Shown in pieces: positions 37,290 to 49,308 of a stretch of DNA of 64,000 nucleotides. Below the pieces are notes generated by a model, which was given only the letters and a program-made list of their open reading frames with translations, ran no database searches and was not told where the DNA came from. Both the position numbers and the translations under genes were made by a program. Origin of the DNA: Squalus acanthias (taxonomy: Eukaryota); the NCBI GenBank assembly GCA_030390025.1, contig CM059434.1, positions 111,352,001 to 111,416,000 on the forward strand. The letters are read 5' to 3'. The number at the start of each line of letters is the position of its first letter. Within the stretch, counting starts at the first letter, position 1.

Positions 37290-37872
37290 CACTGCTATTT
37301 GATAGCATTACCTCCAGATTCAACTATTTCAATGCTCCCCTGGTCGGCCTCACACCTTCCACCCTCCCTAAACTTGAGCTCATCAAAAACCCTCCTGCCT
37401 GTATCCTAACTTGCACCAAGTCCCGTTCACCCATCACCTTTTGCTCATTATCTCTGTAACCTCTTCCAGCCCTACAACCGCCTGAGATCTCGACGCTCCT
37501 CCAATTCTGGCCTCTTGCGTACCCCCGATTCTCTTCGCGCTCCCATTGGAGGCCATGCCTTCAGCTGCCTAAGCCCTGGAATACCCTCCCTAAACCTCTC
37601 TGTCTCTCTACCCCTCTCGCTCCCTTTAGGTCACTCCTTAAAACTTACCTCTTTGCCCAAGCTTTTGGTCACCTGTCCTAATATCTCTTTATGTGACTTG
37701 GTGCCAAATTTTGTGTGATGCAACAACAACTTTCATTGATATATCGCCTTTAACGTAGTAAAACATCCCAAGGTGCTTTGATAGGAGCGTTACCAGACAA
37801 CATCCCTGTGAAGCGCCTTGGGACGTTTTTACTCTGTTAAAGGCGCTATATAAATGCAAGTTGTTGTTGTTG
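37290..37872 (+). mobile_element. L2 3' fragment with an inverted L2 tail inserted at ~37720-37800
   Basis: acctccagattcaactatttcaatgc...; tail ggcgctatataaatgcaagttgttgttg and its reverse copy. Confidence 0.75.
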
Positions 37873-38189
37873 TTATCTTCCAGTGAAATGCAGTGGTGTG
37901 GCCTGTTGAAGCAGCTGATTAAGGGTATGGTTGCCTATATGTTTTGCAGATGCTAAGACACCTATAACTGCCAATAGACATGGCAAAGAGCCATGCATCT
38001 ATAGAGTAGCTGAATGGATGTGGCTAAGTATATATAGATGCATATTCAGAAAACTGTTAATAAATACATTAACATGTAGGACGGGATTGGATGTGAGAAA
38101 CGTGATCGAAGAGGCTGCATTGGCCATTTTTCCAGTATTATTTGTAAATGTTCATTTGCAGTGACTATTTTAGTTTTGCAAGGACTACA

Positions 38190-38704
38190 TGTCCCAACAT
38201 ACAGCGCGCTTGCCAATTCGTGCTTGCGGGCTGTGGTGTGTTCGGGGCACCGTTTTCAGAGCGTCCTTGGTGTCAGGGGCTTTGCAGCTCGCAGACCAGG
38301 CTCGGCTCTGCCATCCTCCAATAATTCGCCAGCCCCGGAGCATGGACTGAGGAGCTTCCAGCGTGAGCTATGCGTCGCTGATCAACGCACTTTGCACAGA
38401 CACTGCACCTTGTGGGAGGGGAAGAAAATCTGTCTGATTAAAAAGGAAATCGGACCAAGAGGTAAGAATCACAGCTCGGAAACTCCGCACAAAAAAATAA
38501 AGGAATAATGTCAGATTGGGAACCAGACCAAGCGATTGTTTTTGGCATCAGAAGGTAATCTTTTTTGGGAGGGAAGACTTAAGCTCGTCTCTGCCGAATT
38601 GGGTGACTGTTTATCGGAAGGTCCAGTGTGACCCAGAAAATCCAACATATTCTGGCTCCAGAAACTATTTTTCCGCCGCTCGGGTGAGGTTTGCAACACC
38701 GGCA
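38190..38704 (+). promoter_or_regulatory. CpG-enriched LHFPL3 promoter/5'UTR
   Basis: Elevated CpG content in non-repeat sequence directly upstream of the LHFPL3 ATG; the TSS cannot be determined from sequence. Confidence 0.5.
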
Positions 38705-39107
38705 ATGTTGCCAGCTCAGGAGGCAGCTAAAATATATCACACCAATTATGTGAGGAACTCAAGAGCGATCGGCGTACTCTGGGCTATTTTCACCATTTGT
38801 TTTGCGATCGTGAACGTGGTGTGCTTCATCCAGCCTTACTGGATCGGCGATGGGGTGGACACCCCCCAAGCCGGTTACTTCGGGCTCTTCCATTACTGCA
38901 TCGGGAACGGGCTCTCCCGGGAGCTGACCTGTCGCGGCAGCTTCACCGACTTCTCCACCATCGCGTCCGGCGCGTTCAAAGCCGCCTCTTTCTTCATCGC
39001 GATGTCCCTGGCGCTCATCATGGGCTGCATCGCCTGCTTCGTGCTCTTCTTCTTCTGTAACACCGCCACCGTCTACAAAATCTGCGGCTGGGTGCAACTT
39101 ACATCTG
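38705..39107 (+). CDS. LHFPL3: LHFPL tetraspan subfamily member 3, coding exon 1
   Basis: [69 protein letters not shown]...[17 protein letters not shown], near-identical to vertebrate LHFPL3. G|GTGAGT phase-1 donor at 39108; head-to-head with ORC5 as in mammals. Confidence 0.95.
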
Positions 39108-42100
39108 GTGAGTCAACAGGGAGAGGAATCAGCACTTGTTTCCCCACCCCCCACTCCTTAAAAACAAACATAGCTTTTGACTCAATGCAAAGGCCATTTT
39201 TTATTTTATTTTAAAGATCAACTTTTTCCAGGAACTGGGGAATTGTCAAATCTCTGCCGAGATCAGAGAACGTTCCTCTGGAAGTGAATTTGTTTTTTGA
39301 TCGGACCGAGTTGATCTCAGCAGGTCTTTTGACTGTGTGGTCAAACTTTAATACATCGACACTATCTGGTGCAAGGCAAGGTAGGTGGGGAGAGAGAGGA
39401 AAGTCATCTTATATCAGGCTGTGCCTCTTAAACAGAAGACCACATTGCTGTTAATAGGCAAGGGTGTCATCTCAGGGGATGACAATAATACATCCGATTT
39501 TATAATAGTTGCCAACGAATTTATTTGGGTTATTCTGAAGTAACGATACATTTTATACGGCTAATGTATATTTCCTCGTCAGTTGCGGTTCTGGGTCTCC
39601 ATCGCCTACTTAACCATCCATCATGCGTCTCTGAAGCAACCAGTTAGCGATTGTCAATTTTTTTTTCGCATTATTCATTTTGGGTTACTATGCATTTGCC
39701 GCAGAAATAATGGAACTCCTTTTTGTGATGATGTACCGGTTATAATGTACATTTCTGATCGATTGAGTCACTGCGTATTTATAATTTTCAGGATAAAATT
39801 CGGACGATTCTATGTGACACATGTGTAGTGGGAAGGCCACGGATGATATACTTTGGATGCGAGCTTATTTTTAGACATCTTGAAGTTCCGGCAGCTTTAC
39901 AAACGGGTGTCCGGTGTGCTGATGTGTGGAAGCTTTAGCAGCGGAGTTTACTCTGACTCTGTTACAGGTGCAGCCACTCCAGGAGCAGGCTTCCCAACTA
40001 GTTTAATGTGTTCGAGCGTGATTTGGTTCGAACTCAAACCACAGTTTTCAACCACTTCACCTTTGGCCCAGCTTTAAAAAAATGTGTTCATACCACATAA
40101 ATATGACCATCTGGAAAATAGCATAATCCTAATGGAAAACTAACATTTATGATAAATGTTACATAGCATTTATTTGTTACTGTTACCTTCAATGGAACAA
40201 TTGGTATTTTAATTTAAACGTGGTTGTGTCCTAATTTACTACCATATATTTTAAACCAATTTGTTTTTTGTGTCAGGTATTGAAAATAAATAATCCACTT
40301 TCAGACTTCATTTAATTCACAGTTTTTTCTCTAATGGAAGTGCAGTCTAGCAGATGAAAAGAGGTGAGCTGCTGCTGTACTAGCGCTATCTGAAGTGGTG
40401 ACCCTTGTGTATTGATTACTGGATGATAAGGAGTTTACATTTAGTCCAGGAATTATATGTGTGCACAATGGGATGCTGTAGTCTGGAATCCACACAAACA
40501 CTTATGAAAAGCGTCTCATTTAACATGCTGGAGAATACAGAGGCTCATCTCATGTTCCTGTGAGGAAAAGTAAGTAAAGATTCAGAGATGTTAACAATTA
40601 CTTTGTTATGAGTTCTCCATTCTGGAATTGTGGCTGGTCCATGGTGGTGTCTGTGTACTAGTGTTTAAAAGTTAAAACAGTGAAGATTAAACTGTTGCAG
40701 AGAATGTGTGTATTGCAAATAATTTAGTAAGAAGTTACTAAAATCCAGGGGTAGAGTACTGATATAATTGCAAATTTATATGTAGATTATTGGTATATTT
40801 ATTAATATAACAGATTTTGTTATTCAGTATGAGTGGCTTTACTTTGTTCAATACTTTATTCTTTACTATCCCAGCATATTTAATGAATACTCGATCTAGC
40901 TATCTTATGTAAGATCATTAGCATTCTTGTGACAAATGAAATTATAATCCTTGTCATATGGACTAAAAATAAAAGTACAATATGCCTGCTATTGTAGACT
41001 ATTTCTGTTTTTGTTGCATTTAAGGAAGATGGTTTTTAACGTAACTTAATCTTCATACTTCTGTCTCATTCTAATTTTATTGTGGTTAATTTAACCTACA
41101 TGAAATAGTTACATTCAGGAAAAATGTAGCCTACAAGGATTATAAAAAGATTACATTGCATAATAAATGAAAAGTAAGGATCATTTCCCATAGTTTCTGT
41201 GGCACTGTTGACTTGAAAGAGCATTGTTTTGTAGATACATACTGGAAGTGCAACAATACATGTCTCTTTGGAATAATGTGGAGTAATATAATCAGTTTGC
41301 TTCATCTTCATATCATACACCATGCTGTATCAGCTTGTGTATAGGAGGCATGGTATGAATGGGACTAAAGCTTAGCTGATTCCCACTATTTCAGTTATGC
41401 TATCTGCTTTGATTGATTTTCCTTACAGGCTGTAGACGATTATGCTGAATATCTAAAGAGATTGAAGATGGCAGCTGGGTCAGGTTGTTATCAAAGAGGA
41501 TGAGATCACTTTAGAAGCATTCAATAACTAAAAGGAAAGTCTTTCAAACCAACAACGTGCTGAAAATTAAAGCTAAGTTACTGTTTGGAATTTAGAGCAG
41601 GGTTGTGCAAGGTACTACAACTCCTTTTAATATTTTCGATTTGCAATTTGGCAATGACATATCATTTTCTTTATTAATATAAACCGTAAACTCTTTTGGG
41701 GCACAAATATTGAGACAAATTGCCCATTAAGGTAAAATACAAGGCATTGGGCTTGGATGTCTAGGATTTTTAGAACATCCAAGTGGCTGGCATCTTGCAA
41801 GCTATCTTGTATAGGTCCTTCCATCATGCTGAAGGCAGATGTCCTTCATATAGCTTATATATAAACTGAGGATGGGATGACAGCTGCTGGAAGGGTATGT
41901 GAATGCACACCCATATATCCAGGGTTATTGGGAGTTAAGGGACAGGTTTACCCCTTCAGGTCTCATCAAGAGCCAGGCTGGCTAGTCAATCAGCAGTAAT
42001 GCCCTGGAGTATTGGGAACCTGCCTGACTCTGACACCAGATTACTAAGTCTGTCACAGACAACTGAGTGAGTTCTAATCTTCCATGACCAACCTGCAAAT

Positions 42101-42379
42101 ATCCAGGATTTGGTACCTAGCTTAATATGATTGCGGAGAGGCAAGCAGTTGCTACTGAAGCTTCACACTTCCAATTGGTAGAATCACTAATCGCTGGGAT
42201 ATGGTGTGTGCCCAGATATGGTTAGGAGGGTGGTGAGTGATGCTACTCACCATATCGCTCCGGTGGAGTTCCTGGTACTAACTATCCACCTTGTTATGGG
42301 TCAACTTGTGCTGGTTAGTTATCCAATGATCATCCTCCTTGGAGTGGGAGATAAATGGACTCTCTTTGGGTGGGGAGTT

Positions 42380-44210
42380 GATATGGCTCCAGGGTGAAAT
42401 GCTTGACCAGATGAGGCAGTGACAGAGCTATGCCATTTGCTGCAGGCGGAGTTATAGACAGTTTCAGAAATTGAGATGCTTCTTCTCCTGGCTATGAAAG
42501 TCACAACTGAGTTAAGCTTCTATGCTACATGATCTTTCCAGAAATAAGCCAGTTTGCAGTTCATACCTGTATAAAGCAAGTGAATAACACTTCATTTGCA
42601 TGGGGAAACATCTTCATAAGATTTTCAGTGAAAAGGAAACACCAGCTGTAGAGGTTATAGAACTTGTTGCAGCCAACAAGCTTTCCAAGAGTCCAGGGCA
42701 TAATAGGTGGAATCCACTTGGCCATTAGGTTTCCATATGTCAACCGGATGCATACATGAATAGGAAAAGCTACTATCACTCCATAAATGTGCAGGTGGTT
42801 TCTGACACAGAAACTGGACTCTGCACATTAATTAACATTTTCTAGGGAGCACCCATGTTACTTTTATTTTGCAGGAATCCACAGTGCCTGCATTATTTGA
42901 GGGTCCTGAAAGAATGAGCAGATGGCTGTTGGGACACTAGGTCTACTTTTTGAATCCATGGCTGAACCTCCACACAGCAGCAGAGTGTAACGGCAGTGAG
43001 GTGCATACACCATCCTAATTACTGGGGACCACACTATTGGGATGTTGAAGCAAAAATCCCATTCTGTTCAGGCAGGGTGTTGCTCCATATTCCAGGCAAC
43101 ATCTTCAAAAGCATCAGCACCTGCTGTACTATTTTGCCATCCAATGAAAGGTGAGTTTGAAGTACGATGAGGAGGACGGCCTACAGCAAGAGAATGAGGA
43201 AGAAGAGGATGTGAACATGGTAGGAGCTGATTTACAGGGAGGGAGATGGATGCCGAAATCTGCAATCAAGAACTGCTTCCAATAAGTGACATCTCCTGCC
43301 ACTGAACAAATATATTATTTCTATAAAAACACACACATTGATCCCCTCCAAGAACAAACCGCACATTACTGAAGCTGACCACTATCGTTCAGCCCCCTTC
43401 CAGCACATTACCTTTTGTAATAAATACTGTCTGCACTGAGGAGGAATAAAAAGGTGTGAAAATTCAATTACATGTGATAAATCATATCAATATGCTTTTC
43501 CATTGTCGTTCTATAACTTGCACTTCTCCTACTATGTAATCTGAAGCTATGTATAACTGGGAGGAGCAACTATGGTGGTATTGCTGCTCTGGATGGATGG
43601 TGGTGGCCTTGAACCTCTGGGTGCAGAGTCACAAGATCACCCTGCAACAGCTGGATCCACTTCCAACAGTACAATAGTTGCCATTGTCTGGCCACGTTCT
43701 GTCACTCCATGAATTCGTTAAAAAGTCTAGGTGTATTGGGTGGATATGACAACAGACAGCGGAAACCGCCTCAGCTGCCCCTTTTCCTGCCACGGCATAG
43801 GTGCTGCGAATCCCAGCTGGATGACTAGTGATCTGTACGAGAACAGTCTATATGGTGTCTGCCATGTGGCTGAAGCCTGTCATCACTGCTATTTCCAACC
43901 CAGCCTGTCAAATCCAGCAGCAATAGACTCGATGTTCGTGGGTGCGCAAGGTCTCAAAAATACCAGTCACATAATTTATGAGAGTAAGTTGGTCTGTGCT
44001 TGTTCCCTCTGTTCTTTGAACTCCCCATGCAGATGATCCTGAAGATACCATTTCTTCCATGGTGCTCTGCATTTGATCTGCACATGACTGCATAGAGGTG
44101 CACTGCTGCACATTCTCCACCAGCTGCTGCAGGCTACTCATGACAGCCTCAAAGGATATCATAAAGGCCTTCTGCTCCTGCATTAACTCGTGTCTGAAGG
44201 CAGGCCCAAT
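42380..44210 (+). mobile_element. Old decayed Harbinger element (transposase + convergent partner remnant)
   Basis: VTELCHLLQAEL...MKVTTELSFYA, NRKSYYHSINVQVV-like, WLLGH*VY-like (42400-43270); coiled-coil-like - strand remnant at 43900-44200. Confidence 0.65.
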
Positions 44211-45164
44211 AGCACACCAATAACCAGTTAGCAGATATACATCTCAAAAGACAACAGATATATGAAATAAGTGCATGTGAGGCAAATAATATAAATAGAT
44301 TTAAGGGATAACAATATATGTTTCTGGAGAAAGAGGAGATTGAAGTCTATGGCAATCACAACATGATTGAGCTTACGTGTTGGCTTATGATGAAGAAAGG
44401 GGTGAGGGCAACAAAGACTATCAGCTTAAGGAGGTTGCATTTTGAGGGGATGAGGAGAAAACTAAGAGAGCCAGACTGTATTGCAGTGTTAAAAGAATGT
44501 TTTCATGGATATTTTACTGAGATTACAAAGTAACCATATTCCACTGGGAAAGAAATATAGTAGAGGAAGGAGGAAACTGACTTGAGCAACAAATGAAGTA
44601 ATGTGGCAGATAAGGGGTTAAAAAGAGACTTTCTTCAAAAATCTACAGGTAGATCACAGGACAAAGATGAATATATTGATAAAGTGAAGGAATTAATAAA
44701 CTGGTCAAAAGTGACAAAATAGAAAACAATACTGAGATTGTGGAAAATATAAAGCATACTTTTAAGTGTGAAGAATTTTTGAAATATATTTTCATTGGTA
44801 ATAGGTAGTCAGGGAAATGGTAGGAGTCCCAAAGGATTGCATGGATACATGTCTACTCGGTAAGGGTGTTTGCATTTTCCTGGCAGGCATCTGTGCCATT
44901 CAAAGCACCAATGGAGCACCTGCCTTAGGTGGGGCGTGGAAATTCACAACGGCAACTTGTCACAGTGTAAGTGGGCCCAGTGCCAAGAGGGAGCTAAATT
45001 TAAAAATATTAAGGGGGAAAAGTTGGGTGGCACCCATTCAGGGGCGCTAACGTCGCCGTGGCGCTAATTTTAACGCCCCGAAAAAGTTAGCGCCCCTCCG
45101 CCGTAAATTCAGTAGTAGCGTCCCAAGCAGGAGGTGGGACGCTACTACTGAATTTCGCGGCGCT

Positions 45165-47382
45165 ACGTGCAGCAGCGCCACGCGCCGGTGACCCATGAGA
45201 GGGCTGTTGGTGGTCAACAACAAGGAAGTGTGGGCTCCTCTTCAGGCGATCACACTACCATGCCACTGCGGAGCCCTCGGTCAGAGCCCCAGATTCCTCA
45301 CCCAACTGAGATGGCTGTCTCAGCCCCTGCAGAGCTGCAGGAGGAGCAGACTGTTGCTGAGCCCTCCCAGGCTCCCAAACCCAGATGACGCCTGCCAAAG
45401 GCGTTGAAGCAGGCACAGCATGGAAGTGAGCAAGGTGTCTCTACATCTGCTGAAGCCACAGGGGAAGCACCACTTAGAAGCACGCGTAAGAGAAAGTTAA
45501 CACACAAATAGTCACAAGGGTGTTTTGATCTAATACAAAATTACGTTTCTCATTGTTATTTCAATTGTATTAAAGAAATGCGATGGCAAACATTCAAAGA
45601 GTTGGCCTATGTGTGCTCAGAAATGGAAGTTCCACAGTGAGGGGTCAGGGCGCCTTTCATCTGTAATGATGGTGGTGAGAGTGATAGGAAACCACAGTTT
45701 ATTGTACAGATGCTGTATGGTGTGTTAAGAAGGTCGGCCAGACACTCATTTCCATGTGGCAGCCACATGTGTTTGCTTCGTAAACTTATGCGAATCTGGC
45801 ATGGATTAGTGCATCCCTTGCCTCACGGCCAACAATGTGCTCGCGTGCTGGTGGAACTGGCACATCCGCCTCCGCAAGGTCTTCCTCATCTGCTGCCTCC
45901 TCCTCCTCCTCTTCCGAGGAGGCTCTGCTCTGAGCCACGTGTTCCTCAGGTAGCGGTAAGCCACGCTGCTGTGCGATGTTGTGCAGGGCACAGCAGACCA
46001 CGATGATTCTGGAGACCCTGGCTGGTGAGTACTGTAGGGCTCCACCAGATCTGTTGAGCCATCTGAATCGAATTTTGAGCAAGCCAATGGTTTGCTCTCT
46101 GATGCTTCTGGTGGAAATGTGGCTTGCATTGTAGCGCTCCTCAGCTTCGTTTGATGACCTCCTCATTGGTGTCATTAGCCACGTCTTCAGGGGATAGCCC
46201 TTGTCTCCAAGTAGCCATCCGTAAAGTTAGGTTGGCGGATTGAAGAACTGAGGCACAGTAGACTGCCGCAGGATGTACGAGTCATGGCAACTGCCAGGGT
46301 ACTTGGCGCTAACATGCATAATGTTCTTCCTGTGGTTACACACCAGCTGGGCGTTAAGGGTGTGGAAGCCCTTGCGGTTCACAAATACAGCTGGGTTGTG
46401 ATGGGGTGCCCTAATGGCTACATGTGTGCAGTCTACGACGCCCTGCACCCTTGGGAAGCCTGCCATATTTGCAAAGCCAACCTCACGCGCGGTTACACTT
46501 GCTTCATCCGTGGAGAAGTGGATGTAATTGTGCGACTTTGCAAGGAGGGCATCGGTAACCTGCATGATGCAAGTGTGTGCGGCCGACTGGGAGATGCCGC
46601 TGATGTCTGCTGCTGATCCCTGGAAGGACCCTGAAGCAAAGAAGTTGAGGGCGGTGGTGACTTTGACAGCCACTGGTAAGGGCTCCAGGTGTTGGTGCAC
46701 CTGCAGCATTGTGCAGATGTCAGTGACTACATCTCGCGGAAGTGTCAGCCTCCTTTGGCACTGCTGCTCACTCATGTTGAGGAAGCTCATCCTCGGCCTG
46801 TAAACCCTGTGTTGGGGGTATCTCCTGCGGCGCGGTGCAGCCCTGCGCTGATGCCCTCTGCCCTGTGCAGCATCAGGGGGCTGAGGAGAAGGTTGGTGCT
46901 CCTGATGGTGGTGCTGCTGTTGTGCCTGGTTCTGCTGCTGCCGCAGTTGCTCTTCCTCTGGTTCTGAGGACCAGGATGAGAGGGTATCAATGGTTCCCAT
47001 TCCACTGGTATATATCTCAGTTGAGGAATAGATGTTATAGCGCTCATACAATGTGGGGAGAGGGTTTTCCAAGGAGGTCACAGTGCATATGGATCTCAGC
47101 TTAAACACTTACAAGCTCAATAGACCTGCAAAATGTGTTCCAAAACCTCAAAACACAAAGTTCTGCCATCTGAAAGTGAGCCATGTTACAGGTCCGCTTT
47201 TATGCTGCAGGTCCAGCTGTCAAGTATTTAGCTAGTTGATCGGGACTCGCAGACCCGACACTTTGTAAAGTTGCGTGGAGGTGGGATGGTGGCAGGTTCG
47301 CAATCCGCCGTCAATCATTTTGATTTTAACTCCTGACCCGCCTTCAAACCCGCACTCTGAGCGCCGGCAAAATCGCAGGCCT
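45165..47382 (-). mobile_element. Harbinger element, truncated at its left end
   Basis: Right TIR AAAATCGCAGGCC abuts a CR1; transposase on - strand and 3' end of the Myb partner on + strand (45165-45511). Confidence 0.88.
45786..47000 (-). pseudogene. Near-intact Harbinger transposase (one in-frame stop)
   Basis: ORFs 46227-47108 and 45786-46175 are in the same frame, separated by a single TAA plus 17 codons ([17 protein letters not shown]); DDE motifs VDCTH, GDKGY and REQTIG are retained. Confidence 0.88.
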
Positions 47383-49308
47383 AAGTATTTGCTTAATTTC
47401 TCTGCCATTTCCTTATTCCCCATTATAATTTCTCCTGTCTCAGCCTGTAAGGGGCCCACATTTACTTTCACTAATCTTTTCCTTTTTACATACCTATAGA
47501 AGCTTTTACAGTCTGTTTCTATGTCTCTTGCTAGTTTACTCACATTCTATTTTCCCTTTCTTTATCAATTTCTTGGTCCTCTTTTGCTGAATTCTAAAAT
47601 CCTCCCAATCCTCAGGCTTACTGCTCTTTTTGGCAACATTATAAGCCTCTTCCTTTGATCTAATACTATCTTTAACTTCTCTTGTTAGCCACGGTTGGAC
47701 CACTTTTCCTGTGGGAGTTTTGTGCCTTAAAGGAATGTATATTTGTTGTAAATTATGTATTAATTTTTTAATGTAGTTTCCCAATCTCCCTTAGCCAACT
47801 CACCCCTCATACCTACGTAGTTTGCTTTGTTTAGATTTAAGACCCTAGTTTTGGATTTAACTAAATCACTTTCAAATTTAATATAAAATTCTATCATATT
47901 ATGGTCACTCTTCCCTAAGGGCCCCTTTACTACAAGGTTATTAATTAAACCTTTCTCATTGCACAACACTAGATCTAAAATAGCCTGTTCCCTAGTTGGT
48001 TCCTCAACATACTGATCTAGAAAACTATCTTGTATACATTCCATGATTCGTCCTCCACACTATTACTGCAAATTTGGTTTGCCCAGTCTATATGTAGATT
48101 AAAGTCCCCCATGATTACTGTACTGTTACGTGCACCTGTAATTTCCTGATTTATACACTGCCCTACATTACAACTACTCTTTAGGGGCCTATAAACAACT
48201 CCCACCAATGTTTTCTGGCCCTTGCTGTTTTTTAGCTCCACCCAAACTGATTCTACTTCTTGAGTTTTTGAGCTAAGATCCTTTCTCTCTGCTGTCTTTA
48301 TCCCATCCTTTATTATCAGGGCTACCCCTCCTCCTTTTCCATTTTGCCAATCTCCTCTAAAAGTTAAGTATCCTGGAATATTTAGTTCCCAACCTTCATC
48401 ACTTTGCAACCATGTCTCCGTTATGGCTATTAGATCAAACCTATTAATTTCTCTCTGCGCTATTAGTTCATCTATTTTGTTGTGAATGCTTCACACATTC
48501 AGATATAGTGCTTTTAGCTTTGACTTATTTCTGTTATTCCCTGATGTCACCTTAGTCACTGATGCCCTATTACCTTTGTTACTCTCTCTGTCTCTTCCTG
48601 ACCCACTCTGCCTATTTTTACCCAAAACTCTGTTCGGCTCTAGAGCCTTGACATTTCTCTTGCTGCTTTTAAATTTACTCTTTCCTGAATCCTCCCACCC
48701 CCCTTCATTAGTTTAAAGCCCTGTCTACTGCCCTAGTTATTCGATTCGCCAGGACAGTGGTTCCAGCCTGGTTTAAGTGGAGCCCGTCCCAACAGAACAG
48801 CTCCCTCTTTCCCCAGTACTGGTGCTAGTGCCCCATGAAGCAAAACCCCTTCCTCCCACACCACTCTTTGAGCCATGCATTTAACCTTCTAATCTGCTTA
48901 TCCCTATGCCAATTGGCACGTGGCTCAGGTAACAAGCCAGAGATTATTATCTTTGAGGTTCTGCTTTTTAATTTGGACCCCAACTCCTCAAACTCTCTCA
49001 GCACAACCTCATTCCTAGTTCTACCTATGTCGTTGGTTCCTACATGGACCATGACAACTGGATCCTCCCCATCCCACTCCAAGTTCTTCTCCAGCCGTGA
49101 GGAGATGTCCTCAACCCTGGCACCGGGCAGGCAACATAACCTTCGGAACTCTCGGTCATGGCTGACAGTATCTAACTTTTCTGTCCCCTACCACAATGAC
49201 ATTCCCTGTCACTCCCCCCACTTGAATGGCCTCCTGCACCATGGTCAGATTGCTCATCCATCCTGCAGGCTTTTCCCTCATCCACACAGGCAGCAAGAGC
49301 CTCATATC
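47383..49308 (-). mobile_element. CR1 LINE 5' half: ORF1 esterase and ORF2 endonuclease (decayed)
   Basis: VVMVHVGTNDIG...LNAWLKEWC (GDSL/SGNH esterase); GGGVALIIK...VGVVYRP...IMGDFN...SDHNMIEF (APE endonuclease). Confidence 0.92.

Noticed and set aside
38241-38266. REST/NRSE-like site in the LHFPL3 promoter
   Set aside because: Too many mismatches to the GGACAG half-site.
38516-39214. 232-aa ORF as full LHFPL3
   Set aside because: It starts at a TTG 63 codons before the conserved [12 protein letters not shown] and reads through the GTGAGT donor into the intron.
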